Below, piece by piece: positions 1-11,578 of a stretch of 24,490 nucleotides of DNA. The notes below the pieces were generated by a model. The model searched no databases. It was not told the DNA's origin and worked only from the letters and a program-made list of their open reading frames with translations. The stretch is from Octopus sinensis (lineage: Eukaryota): contig NW_021836376.1 of the NCBI RefSeq assembly GCF_006345805.1, positions 1-24,490 of the forward strand, written 5' to 3'. The position numbers and the translations under genes are program-made. Within the stretch, counting starts at the first letter, position 1. Each line of letters starts with the position of its first letter.

Positions 1-625
1 TCGCTGGCTAATAAGTCGGCATTGCAATATCAAAACTGCCGACAAGTGGTATAATCACCACCCTGAGGCTTGTAACTGAAGGAGAAAATGTAACCATTCT
101 GTGGACTTTCCAGTACATACAGACCGAACCATCAAGGCAATAAACCAGATATTGTTGTGTGAACGACCAAAACAATAAGTTTGCTTATGATCGACATGAG
201 CATCCCGTGATCATAATATCTCGGCGAAAGAGTTTTGACAAGCTCAGAAAATATAAAGACCTACTCATTGAAATTGAGAAAATGTGGCATCTCAAGGCGG
301 TCACAATACCAGTGATCGTAGGAGCACTAGGAATGATCAAGAAGGGAACCGAAAATTATATGAGAATGATCCCTGGTACCATCCCTGCAAGAAGTGCAAA
401 AGATGTCTTAACTGGTACATCACACGTATTGAGAAAGCATTGTCGATGTGAGAACTGTTGTGCTCATGTATTATAATTAAAAAAAAAAAAAATGATGACT
501 ATTGAGTTTGGTTTAATGGCCTACCAGTATACTATGAGTTTCTTTTGCCTAGGAGTCCGGAGACACCCGGCAAGAAATGAAGCAAATTTGAAAGAAGAAA
601 AAAAAACAACAATAATAATAATAAT
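1..625 (+). mobile_element. 3' end of an R4/Dong-type non-LTR retrotransposon (restriction-like endonuclease domain, 3' UTR, AAT tail); frameshifted
   Basis: Stitched frames read WYNHHPEA/VTEGENVTILWDFPVHTDRTIKA..PDIVV and FDKLRKYKDLLIEIEKMWHLKAVTIPVIVGALG, typical RLE (PD-D/E-xK) motifs. Stop at ~449-451, then a UTR ending in (AAT)n. Confidence 0.85.
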
Positions 626-1167
626 AAATGCCCTGATGCAGTACCAGGCAGTGGCTCTCATGGCTGCTGATCTTAAACTGATTGGAAGTGTTATCATGTA
701 CATTGTTTTGTCTTGGTTAAAAAGATGGGCTACAGCAAATATTCTGCTCAAACCACAGATTTGCTTGTCAGTTGTTGACCTTAACCAGTTGAGCATGTCC
801 CTAGTGGCCGACGAATTGTGCATCTCTGATCATGATCAAAGTAGTGGGAGAGCATCATAGCCGTATGCTGAAAGGAATTTTTAGAGGTTTGGCTAATTCC
901 TTTTGGAAAACATGGGTGGTTTGTTCAACATCCTTAAAAAATCCTTATTCAGGGACCTTTGAGTGGGATGGGTTACTCGACCAGAAGAAAATCTAACTGG
1001 GTCCACCTGCAAGGTCATGCACTGTTTATCTTGATATGAGATCAGCATGTTGCGCACAATATGCTTGTGAGCCTGGTGTACCCTTATCAGATGGATAGTA
1101 TGATGGGTATTTGGGGCTTCGTATATTTTACCCAGTGTCACCTTTGGCATGTACTGCTCTCTCACTC
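626..1167 (+). mobile_element. ~540-bp non-coding interspersed repeat flanked by (AAT)n, copy 1
   Basis: Collinear high similarity to 13983-14517 (gtggctctcatggct...actgctctctcactc); both copies bounded by AAT repeats. Strand is inferred from the apparent 5' truncation of copy 2. Confidence 0.8.
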
Positions 1168-1203
1168 AATAATATAATAATAATATATAATAATAATAAT
1201 GAA

Positions 1204-2400
1204 TATTGCTATAATTGGCCTAGACACCTACCTGAAAAACTCTGAGGACTGGATGTTAAAACTTGTCTCAAAACATGAAAACAAGAAAGCATCATGCTCA
1301 GAACCAAACAGGCAAGGGAATATCTAAGTGAATTCCGAATACAACCATTTTGGAATTAGAGATAGACATACAAGAAACAAGCACAGAAAGCTAGGCGCAT
1401 GAAAACCCGTGCCAAAAATGCAGCTTTAGATATCTGAATAATAATGGCAGGAAAAACCTCTTATGGCAAATACCCCAAAGAGAGCGAATAAGCAGATATT
1501 GACAAAGCCCTGACCCATCAATGGCTAATGGCCTCTGGCTTAAATCTGAAACAGAGGGGTTTATCATGGCAGCTCAAGATCAATGCATACCAACAAGAAA
1601 CTACCAGGCCAACATATTAAAGAACGGCAGTAGCCAACATGTGGTATGCCGAAAAAAAATGAAAAAACCTTGATCATGTTGTCTCCAAATGCAGTCTTCT
1701 AGCGCCTACAGAGTACCTCAACAGGCATGATAGAGCTGCACAATATATCACTGGGTAATTTGCAAAAACCTGGATTTGCCCCATGAAAAAAATGGTGGGA
1801 ACACAATCTACCTCCAGTGCTTGAAAATGACCGCATCTCATCCTCTGGAACTTCACCATTCAAACTGACAGAAAGATAGATGCAAATAGGCCAGACATCA
1901 TATTGAAAGACTTCAGACAAAGAACATCGCCTCCTCATTGATATGACTCTCCAATCGATATAAACGTATCTGTCAAGACCTACCAAAAACTGAGCAATAT
2001 AAAGATCTTGAAATAGAAATCAGCAAAATGGAAGCTGAAGACTAAAACAATACCTGTTGTCATAGGTGCCCTGGGAATGATAGCGAAAGGGACTGATTGC
2101 TACCTAACTCAGATACAGGAAACCCCAAAATGGCAGAAATTCAAAAGATAGTGCTCATGGGAACTGCCTCCAATCCTACGCAAAATACTCTCTATGTATC
2201 CCAAGGTTAAAACAAACTTATTTTTTTCTTTTCATGTATTAGACATTCACTAGTACAACACCAAAAAACCCCAAATATATGGCACACTAGGCATAAAAAC
2301 AATGTGAACTTCCAACCTGTTGTCTCTGAGGTCCTGGGTAGGACTTGGGAGCCAACTTGTACAGACATAAAGCAAAAGTCAACATAGAATAATAATAATA
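1204..2400 (+). mobile_element. 5'-truncated, decayed R4/Dong-type LINE (post-RT region, CCHC knuckle, RLE, 3' UTR, AAT tail)
   Basis: Stitched frames: HQWL..ETEGFIMAAQDQCIPTRNYQANIL..C..DHVVSKCSLLAPTEYLNRHDRAAQY..W.FTIQTDRKIDANRPDIILKD..LIDM..YKDLEIEI..TIPVVIGALG. Many frameshifts; ends in aataataat at 2389-2400. Confidence 0.88.
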
Positions 2401-2401
2401 A

Positions 2402-3099
2402 TCTTTATATATATAAAACTGAGAATGTGTGTCTGTCTGTGTGTTTCCCCAAAACTTGAGAACTACACAACCAATTTCATTCAAATTTTACACATGGGTT
2501 CGAGGAGTGTCATCGGCAAAAAAAATGTTCAACTTCTTGCCTAGAGTGAGCCCATAGCAATATCATATCTTTTTAACTATTTCAGTATTACGTGTTAAAA
2601 GTGAAACAAAATATTTCTCTATTTTATGTCAGATGCTTTCACTTTAACAATAAAATAATAATAACAATTCAATTATATGTAGTAAGTAAAATAAATTCAA
2701 ACTAAGTATAATATAATCGTAACATAACAAAAGGAAAAATAGCAATTGGTATAAAATTGCATCAATGATTTGAACTTGAATAAGTGGTTTCACATGAATG
2801 GGAATAATTAAAATAAATTAGCGTGCAGAAATGAAATAGTCCAATGGATATAAAAGATTAAATTAAAGAAAGACTATTGTCTGTAAAGTATACAATGTAG
2901 AGAAAAAAGAAGAGCTAACAATTCCAGTCTGTTATATATTTCAGTATTGTTATCACTAGCGATATCAAGATATAACTTTGTATTTTGCATTTTTGTGTAG
3001 ATGTATATATATAGATGTACATGTAATATGTACACAAAAATATACACATATATACATGCACTAGCACTATGACTCGGCAACGACGGGTCTTTAATGCTA

Positions 3100-3100
<1 letters not shown>
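2402..3100 (+). mobile_element. Non-autonomous Helitron (~700 bp)
   Basis: 5' TC start (TCTTTATATATATAAAA) with a subterminal GT/CTGT microsatellite; 3' GC-rich hairpin GACTCGGCAACGACGGGTC (3071-3089) 11 nt before terminal CTAG (3097-3100); inserted between A (2401) and T (3101) with no TSD. Confidence 0.8.
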
Positions 3101-3195
<95 letters not shown>

Positions 3196-3213
3196 TAATA
3201 ATAATAATAATAA
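3101..3213. repeat. (TAA)n microsatellite
   Basis: Direct reading; it produces the poly-N/poly-I ORF 3069-3299. Confidence 0.97.
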
Positions 3214-3405
3214 TCTCCTCTACTGGAGGAACAAGGCCTCAGATTTGTAGGGAAGGGACCAGTCGATTACTTCGACCCCAGTGTTTCACTGGTACTTAAT
3301 TTTGTCGTCCCCGAAAGGATGAAAGGGAAAGTCAACTTCGTCGAAATTTCAAAGCAGTACGTGGCGGCAGACGATGTAACGCAAAGCATTTCGCCCGGCG
3401 TACCA
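3214..3405 (-). mobile_element. tRNA-derived octopus-type SINE, family with the cctttcatcctttcggggtcga core
   Basis: ccccgaaaggatgaaagggaaagtcaac and cagtgtttcactggtactt blocks match copies at 13628-13842 and 14672-15085. Confidence 0.75.
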
Positions 3406-3576
3406 GTAACAACAACAATAAAATAGTAATATCGATAATAATAACGAGAAGATCAAATATATATTGCGTGTGTTTCATTGGCAACAGACGACCATCTCCA
3501 AATAGAACAATATCGGTTTTAACGCACAATTGCATAAATGCATGACCGTAATAATATTAAATATTAAGTAGAAATC

Positions 3577-3665
3577 TTCCGCCGAGGTTGTCTTTGCCTT
3601 TATCCTTTCGGGGTTGATGAAATCAATATCAGAAGTGCTGGGGTCGATGCAATCAACTTACTCCC
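3577..3665 (+). mobile_element. Fragment of the same SINE family, opposite orientation
   Basis: ttccgccgaggttgtctttgcctttatcctttcggggttgat...ggggtcgatgcaatc; paralogue at ~15263-15356. Confidence 0.7.
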
Positions 3666-3830
3666 TATATATATATAATATAATATATATATATATATAT
3701 AGTATATATATATATATATATATATATCTATATTATATAATATATATATATATATGATATATATATATATAATATATATATAATATATTATATATATATA
3801 ACATATATATATATAATTTATATATATATA

Positions 3831-3865
<35 letters not shown>
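3666..3865. repeat. (TA)n microsatellite; similar tracts at ~3960-4045, 4485-4570, 5880-5985 and 7975-8146
   Basis: Direct reading; such tracts explain the YIYI-type ORFs. Confidence 0.97.
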
Positions 3866-4505
3866 GATGTGTGGATGTGTGGGTGTGTATGTTGAACCCC
3901 GTGCACTTGTGCACGTACTCACACAAACACATGCAGATAGACGCCCAAACACATACACGTATATATTATATAATATATATATTATATATATCTATATATT
4001 ATATATATATATATATATATAGTACATATATATATATATATAATTAGTAAATAAATGGCACAACTAAGTACCGATATTACTGGAAATAGCGAACGTACAA
4101 ATACGACGCTAATGTGTAGCTTCACCGCGTATGCTTAGCAAAAATGCGTGGTGCAACAAACTAGAGCAAAAAAATGTCTTACCTCCAGGGAGACATCTGA
4201 AAGATGAAACACCCGGAATAGGATAACGTGGGACCTGCAGGTTCAGGTTTTACAAGATATGTCCTCACCCATATTTTGTTTTACCTTCATCAGCCAGCAT
4301 ATACCAAGACGAAATCTACGATGTTACCACATTAATACTATCACACTCGACTGAAATGCGGAACGCTAACAGCACGAGACAGGTGTGAAGAAGTTTCAAA
4401 ATATCAGTAAGCAATACAAAGTATCGCCTTCCAGCAAAAAGTAGCCCGTGAGGGAAAAATACGCAAATTAGTAAAATAATATATTAATATATTATATATT
4501 ATATA

Positions 4506-4552
<47 letters not shown>

Positions 4553-4564
4553 ATATATATATTA

Positions 4565-5895
4565 TATATACACAAACGTACCAAACACACGCACTTATAT
4601 AATCTGATGTGTTGTGTGTATAGAAAATAATAAATTGGTATGCGATGCTCACGTGAACAACTTAGGAATTAGTACCGACTTTACCCTCTAGTACCTGCAT
4701 CTGTCGTGTGAGTCCTGCGGCAAGTTACGCAGGGTGAACTGGACGCCCCTAAACTTTACAGAGGATGTTGTACGTGAGATAACCCATGTAAATGAAAGTT
4801 GCAATATGGAGAATTACACACATGGAGAGTAAACCGAGTAGAATATCACTTTCATTCTTCTGCTAGTAGCAGAATAATTCAGTCCTAGATGTCATTTAAT
4901 AAATTGATGGTTCATCTTGATAGTAAGGTCGGACTTATATTTCGGAGAGATCTATGAAAATTAACATTCATATCATGTGATGTCATACAATAATTATTGT
5001 AGATGTAGGTTTCAGGACTAATGAATGTCCATTACTTGTACATTTGCGCTATCATACCTATCGTAAGCATTTGAGACAATGATATTCCATTGTCTCACAC
5101 CCTACCGTCTTAACCAAGGATAGAACACAACACACATTGCAATGAAAGTAAATCGACGGGATGATCATGACCGAAACGCTTCTGATCATAGTCTTGTCAT
5201 CAGTGGACAACAAGCATTCTTTACAACCAACTGAAATATATTCTGCGACGCGAGGAAAATTCGTCGGGTTTGCATTTTAGTAACTAGAGAGATGAGGTTG
5301 TGCATTTGTACAGATATCGCCATCCCAATAATCGATAAAAACAATGGCGTTTGTTTTAGAAAAGCGTCAAGTAGATAAGAATATTCTCTGGGTGTTGCCA
5401 GGACATATGAAAAATAAAGTTTTGGTAATATAAAAGAAGTCGAGTACACATGAAATCGTGATTAGGGAACAAGGTCGTGATTTCAAATACAGGACCGAGA
5501 TGTGTAGTGCGCACAAGATACTTCATCTCATGTTAGACAGCGACCATTTCAACACTTGACGTGTAGGAATGGTGACTAGCTGGAAAATGGATTTATGTTC
5601 CGGATATTAAAGAATTTCAGCCAATCACGTACTTCAAGGGGAAAATACTGCCACTCTCGTTTTAAAAAAATATAGAGAATTATTACAACAGGATATTTCA
5701 TTCAGTATGCTTATCGGATAGCAGCTGGAAAGGGAGACAAAAAATTTATATGAGGCAATAGAATATTCAGATAAGGGGATAAAACTTTTAATTCTGTAGA
5801 AAATTTGAAACTGAAGTAATTTTGGAGTCGGCGTTAAAAGGTACACCAATTTTTTACTTTTCTTTTAAGATTTTACATTTATATATACACACATA
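4565..5895. repeat. Duplicated ~1.3-kb segment B, copy 1
   Basis: Collinear similarity along its length to 19560-20875 (e.g. gtgagtcctgcggcaagttacgcagg, cattcttctgctagtagcagaataattcagtcctagatgtc). Confidence 0.92.
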
Positions 5896-5931
5896 CACAC
5901 ACACACATATATAAATATAATTAGATATATA

Positions 5932-5969
<38 letters not shown>

Positions 5970-5987
5970 TATACATACATATATATA

Positions 5988-6148
5988 CGATGGGCTTCTT
6001 TCAGTTTCTCTCTAACAAATCCACTCACAGGTCTTTCGTCGACCCGAGGCTATAGTAGAAGACACTTGCCAAAGTGCCACGCTGTGGGACTGAACCTGAA
6101 CCACGTGATTGATAAACAAGCTACAGACCACAGAGACACTCCTACGCC
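5988..6148 (-). mobile_element. CORE-type tRNA-derived SINE (octopus OR2-like), 5' half
   Basis: Reverse strand reads ggcgtaggagtgtc..ggttcaggttcagtcccacagcgtggcactttggcaagtgtcttctactatagcctcggg, matching 16659-17021. Confidence 0.8.
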
Positions 6149-6559
6149 TATGTATGTATATATATATATATATATACTCAAACTTACGTAATTGCATACA
6201 TTCACATACACAGGCACACTCAGGTACACTTACACACGCACACACATATACACACATATATTTGTGCTTTTTTATGTATGTATATATATCCTGATGCATC
6301 TTTATATAACCATACATGATTACATATGACACCGCATAGCAATTCTTTGTCCTGAAATCCTAGATTGCCGCTCATGTAATGTTGTCTCTGGCTTAGGTAG
6401 AAGGCCAGTGGTTGTGTTTTTGTGGGGGAGGTGGTCAGTCGACTAATTGGACATCAGATCTGAGGAGTTGGAAGCATGTATTTAGTGGTATACACACAAG
6501 TGTCCTATAGGTTTTTGGTTGCATGGGTACTTAAGCAATTAAATTCAAGGAAAACCCTG

Positions 6560-7625
6560 CTCACCTAGAGATCGGAGACAATGATATATAACTAAATGGA
6601 TGGGAAGATGACGACTGGATATCCTCTGATCATAGCTTTATTCATTCAGGAAACATTGGCTTGTGACGCATATATATTTATAATGTTTTCCATCAAACAT
6701 CTGGAAGTCGCTGCGAAATCTCTTTCCAATCACACACTCTTATTTTACACAATGGAGGACATGGTTGCTAATGTTGGAATAAAAAAAATTTAGTTGGTTA
6801 TAGTTGGAATGCCTTTGTGCAAAATTACGATCAGTCAGGGCAAACAACAACGTCGACAACAATACCCAAAGTAAAACACAACAAAAATACAAAGATATGT
6901 ACCTAATGTTTGCCTCGTTCTCAGACTTTGTATCCCCACACCAAACTCCGCAATTTTCTGCGTCAAACCTTCTATCATTACATGATACAACGCCATATCG
7001 TTAGCTGACAAGAGACATCTCTTAGGGGTAACGCTCAGATCTTTTTGGGGTTCCATGAAAATTCAGTGGGTGTTGCTTCAGGAAAACGCCTAGTAGAAAA
7101 GAAGGATTTCTGGGATGCTGTCACGCCTACAGATGTCATGTACCATGTTTAATAATATAATTGGTGTCCAAGGCATATAACCACGCTGTTAAAGGTGCTG
7201 CATTCGCGATAACGAGATCGCGGTTTCAATTCCCGGAGCGGGAGTTGTATTGCGTTCTTAAGCAAGACACCTCATCTCATATTACTTTGCGTCGTGTATT
7301 AATGGTGAATTGCTGGAAAATGGATTTATTTTCCGGATATTAAAATACATCGAATCGCATACATCGACAGAAAATACTGACACCGCTGTTAAAAAATAAA
7401 ACACACACATAACGGGTTATAACAAATGTGTACTTCGGTCAGTATTCTTATCCGATACAAGTCGCAAAATGAGACAATAAACTTTCATGGGTAATAGAAT
7501 ATTCAGATAAGTGGAGAAACCCTATTTAATTTCTGTAAAAAATTAAAATTAAAGTCTTATTTGGAACCGGCATTATCGAGGAAAGTCAATCTTTGCTACT
7601 TTCCTGTTAAGATTTAAAATAAATA
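6560..7625. repeat. Diverged third copy of segment B, including a SINE head at ~7172-7320
   Basis: Shared blocks gagacaatgatat, tctgatcatag, ctggaaaatggatttat..ccggatattaaa, aatagaatattcagataag. tRNA-like head ggtttcaattccc..ttcttaagcaagacac. Confidence 0.65.
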
Positions 7626-7970
7626 TTTATACACATACATATCTACACTGGCGAAATTAAATTTAAGACCGATGATAATAGTCCTATATCTAAAAAATAT
7701 CTTGTTACTAACACCATACCTATATTTTACACATTATGCAGAATATATTTCTCTTTCGAATGATGCAGACAATAACTACTTTTATACAACTTGAAGAATG
7801 CATGAAAGTACTCGTTCAATCACAGTGGATATTTGATATTCTATCACTTCATTATGTTATCTTATCTTATCATATATTATTATAAGATTGTAAATAAATC
7901 ATGAAAATCAAAGTTGGAATGTCTTCAGTAATGTATTCTTCTATACAAAATCATACACACCTGTGCATAA

Positions 7971-8051
<81 letters not shown>

Positions 8052-8061
8052 TGTATGTACG

Positions 8062-8126
<65 letters not shown>

Positions 8127-8200
8127 ATATAATATATATATATATCTACATGAGGTTATGAAATTTTTTCTGTATAATATATAAATCTATATATAAATTT

Positions 8201-8969
8201 GTGCTTAAGCGTACATATACACAACGGTATGTATATGTATCCATTCAAACTTGTGTATGTATACTGGTCTCTATAGATGCCAATAACATCGTTACACTGC
8301 TTGTATACTAAGTTTTTTCCCCACCCCTCCTTCGTTCCTTTTTCTCTCTTTCCCTTTCTTTCGTTCCCCCTCCTTGCTCAGTATATGAGAATTGCTACAT
8401 AGATGAATTTTAGCTTGCGTGCGAGACGGTTTGCGTGAATATATGTACACATGCTTTTATGTGTATATTTAGATTCATATTCATACGTCTGTATATGTAT
8501 GTATGGCGTTTACGCGCATCCTTTTGTGTATGTTGATATATATATGTAGATTTTAATATAAATATGTATTGCAGTTTTATAACAGGTTTAATTTCTATGC
8601 ATTATTTGCACTGTCTTCATTAACGTCAATAGGTTTTTTCCTCGGATTTTATAATTTTTATAGGTTATTAATATATATATACATATATTTTTGACCTTTT
8701 TGTTTATCGCTCGAAGATTTACCGTTTTTTCTAAAGGGCCAATCAAACAAGTCCATTTCTTTTTAAAGGTGTAGCGTTTGTAAGAGTATAGATTGAATTG
8801 ATATATCAGTTCCATTCTAGCAAAAACTGTCTGATGAACGGCAACGAGAAACTCAGAGTAACAGATTTTGTTGAATTTTCTGCTGCTTAAAATAAAGCAT
8901 ATTACTCTACCACTGGTATTTGAGTACTCTTTTTGCCACCTTGTTTCACATTTATGTGTTTACTCCGGT
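8201..8969 (+). repeat. PLE 5' pseudo-LTR (5'-truncated copy of the 3' end)
   Basis: Matches ~11579-12350 with a few substitutions and mostly 1-bp indels. Confidence 0.93.
8822..8869 (+). ncRNA. Minimal type I hammerhead ribozyme in the 5' pLTR; predicted cleavage after 8860 (GUA)
   Basis: aaaa-ctgt CTGATGA a-cg-GCAA-cg-a GAAA ctc-a-gag TA acag-a-tttt: helix I ctgt/acag, intact core, 2-bp helix II with GNRA loop, palindromic helix III ACTC-A-GAGT. Confidence 0.8.
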
Positions 8970-9035
8970 GTAACCCGCTCCTTGTAAAAGTTTGAGCGAC
9001 TCTGCACAAGTAGGAAGAACAAACAGCTGAAAAAG

Positions 9036-11163
9036 ATGGAACTTTACCCGCTGGATTTTTCTCAGAAAAATATACCTATCCCTGCACGGAAACAATATCT
9101 CAAAGGTCTTATAGAGAAAACGGAAGAGTGTATTAGAAGACTGAGATGGAAAGCCTTCTTCTTTGATAATAAACAGAAAATAGAAGGAAACAAATATGGA
9201 TTTAAATCTCCCAGAAACCCGCCACCGATTCCGGAATTAGAAGCCTTCGAGAAAGACCTTTTCGAGCTTATTAGGAAAATTAAATTCCGCAAATATACCA
9301 ACCAATTGCAGACAAATATGAGAGAAAAATTAAGAGATTAACGACTCGAATAAGATCTTCGTTAATTCTGACAAGACAAGGAACTTATATGCACTTGATA
9401 AGGACGTTTATAAACGCCTGATTTCGAATAGTGTCACGGACACATACAAAAAAAACAACACGAATATATACAAAGAGGTGAACTTAGAAGCAAGAGGAAT
9501 AGCTAACGATCTTAAGATTAGCGATAGGATTGAATACCTTTCACCACGACCAGCTTTTATTACTCTGAAAGACCATAAGCCAATTTTAGTAGAAACCCCA
9601 ATGTAGATTGATAAATCCGGCTAAAACTGAGATAGGAATTATTAGCAAAAATATTTTGGACCGTATTTTAGTTAAGTTAGATAGTGAAGTAGACTTGAGA
9701 ATTTGGAAGAATAGTAAGTCAGTTATAGAGTGGTTTAAAGGTATTAGCTATAAGAATAATTGTAGTTTCACACAATTCGACATTATTGACTTTTTACCCG
9801 TCAATATCTAGGACGTTGCTCCTAAGGGCATTGGACTTCGCCAAGCAGTATGTCAACATCGATAGCTCGGAAATTGAAATTATTATGCATGCGAGGAAAT
9901 CGCTTCTTTTTTTCGAGGATTCCACCTGGATTAAGAAGACTGAGGATTCTCTTTTCGATGTACCGATGGGGGCATACGACGGGGCTGAATTATGTATGCT
10001 CATAGGAGCCTTTATTCTCCATAATCTAAAAATAGAATTCCCATTTATAGATGCAGGTTTATATAGGGATGACGGCCTTATAGCCACGCATAATCTAAAC
10101 GGCCATGAATCAGATAGACTTAGGAAGGACCTTATAGCTTTCTTTCAAAGGATGGGCTTACGGGTTACGATAGATGCTAACCTGAATAGTGTAGATTTTT
10201 TAGACGTAAATTTTAATGTAAGATCGGATAGATTTAAACCTTTCCGTAAGCCCAATGAAAAGCTATCGTATTTAGCAAAGATTCGAACCATCCACCAGTT
10301 ATCCTTAGCAACTTAGTCAGCAATGTAGGTAGAAGAATATCTTCAATTTCTTCGGACGAGGCAGCATTCCATAATGCTGCACCTTATTACGATAGCGCAT
10401 TAAAGAATAGTGGATTCTCGGAGAAGATCCAGTTCAACCAGCTTAATGCTAATAATAATGCTGCACGAAGAACTAGGACCAGGAAAGTTTTGTGGTTCAA
10501 CCCGGCTTTCAATTTGGCCGTAAAGACTAATATAGGTAAGGAATTTTTGAGATTAGTCTCTAAGCATTTTAAGCAGGGTCATAAATTCTACAGAATATTT
10601 AATAGAAGAACCCTGAAGGTTAGCTATTCTTGTTGCAGAAATTTCGCCTCTTACATTAGCCAACATAATAGGAAGCTAATTGAGATTAGACATGGTGCCG
10701 AGCCCATTAAGAAATGTAATTTCAAAAACGAAAGCTCCTGTCCGTTAGAAGAGAAATGTCTAGTGAAAGGAGTAGTTTATAGAGCCAAGGTGCAAGTGGA
10801 AGGCTCATCGGAATACAAGACACACAGGGGCTTCAGAAAATTCATTTAAAACAAGATTTTATTCTCATAAAAATTCTTTTAAATACCCAGAGAATAGGAA
10901 GAAAACCAGCCTAGCAAAATATGTCTGGGAACTAAAAGAAAAGGAAGCCCCACCTTTCAACGTGACATGGAGCATTCTGGACAGGGCGGCACCATACAGG
11001 CATGGAGCTTACAAAATAATTTCAAGTGCAGACTTGTCTATTAGAAAAAATGTACATCTTATTCAAAGACAATAATTCTTTGAATCAAAGAAGTGAGTTA
11101 ATGAACTTATGTAGGCACGCGGCTAAATTTAAAATGTCGAATATAAATATACCATATGGATAG
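9036..11163 (+). CDS. PLE polyprotein (reverse transcriptase plus C-terminal GIY-YIG endonuclease), interrupted by several 1-bp indels
   Basis: Stitched frames: FSQKNIPIP..RRLRWKAFFF, SDKTRN, FITLKDHK, RLINPAK, FDIIDFYPS, PMGAYDG, LYRDDG, DFLDV, NHPP, WFNP, CPLEEKCL..VVYRA, RFYSHKNSF, CRH; stop at 11161-11163. Confidence 0.9.
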
Positions 11164-11578
11164 AGTATATATTTTGTATTTTTGATTTTTGATTTTGATT
11201 TTGACTCTTGAGCGCTACGATGGATTTTGATTTTGTTTCCAAGCTATGCGGATCTTAATCCGTATAGCAAAGACTTATGTTTCTACATATATATTAGGAA
11301 AAACCTACAAACTTTGTTTTCATGTTATTGTATTGCATAGGATTACCTTGATTATTTATATTACCTTGATTATTTATAAATGACCCAAAATAGGATGTTA
11401 TATTTTATTTTATATGTCTTTCGTATATATTTTTATTAATGCACCCATTTTTAAAAGCAATGTTTTTTAAAAAAAAGCAATGTTGTCAAAATTAGAATGT
11501 TTATATAAGTATGTGTATAGCAAAGCATATGTATTTGTAAGCATGCGTATCTGTGTATGTGTAAGTGAAAGTATGTTT

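Noticed and set aside
628-650. CTGATGC in the 540-bp repeat as a hammerhead core
   Set aside because: It lacks the conserved A9, and I found no downstream GAAA or helix set.
4179-4352. Minus-strand segment bounded by tttcag and gtaag with EGF-like words (ECDSIN, YMLADEGKT, SFRCLPG)
   Set aside because: Stops in all three frames and no partner exons; cannot be supported as an exon.
4690-4800. Several in-frame TGA codons shared by both B copies, suggesting a selenoprotein
   Set aside because: TAG and TAA stops occur in the same frame, there is no SECIS evidence, and shared stops are explained by duplication after decay.
7172-7240. tRNA gene
   Set aside because: It is a degenerate tRNA-derived SINE head followed by SINE body sequence; no complete cloverleaf.
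11172-11378. (TTTTGA)n run and an 18-bp tandem duplication (ttaccttgattatttata x2) in the PLE 3' UTR
   Set aside because: Ordinary slippage-type repeats with no evidence of function.
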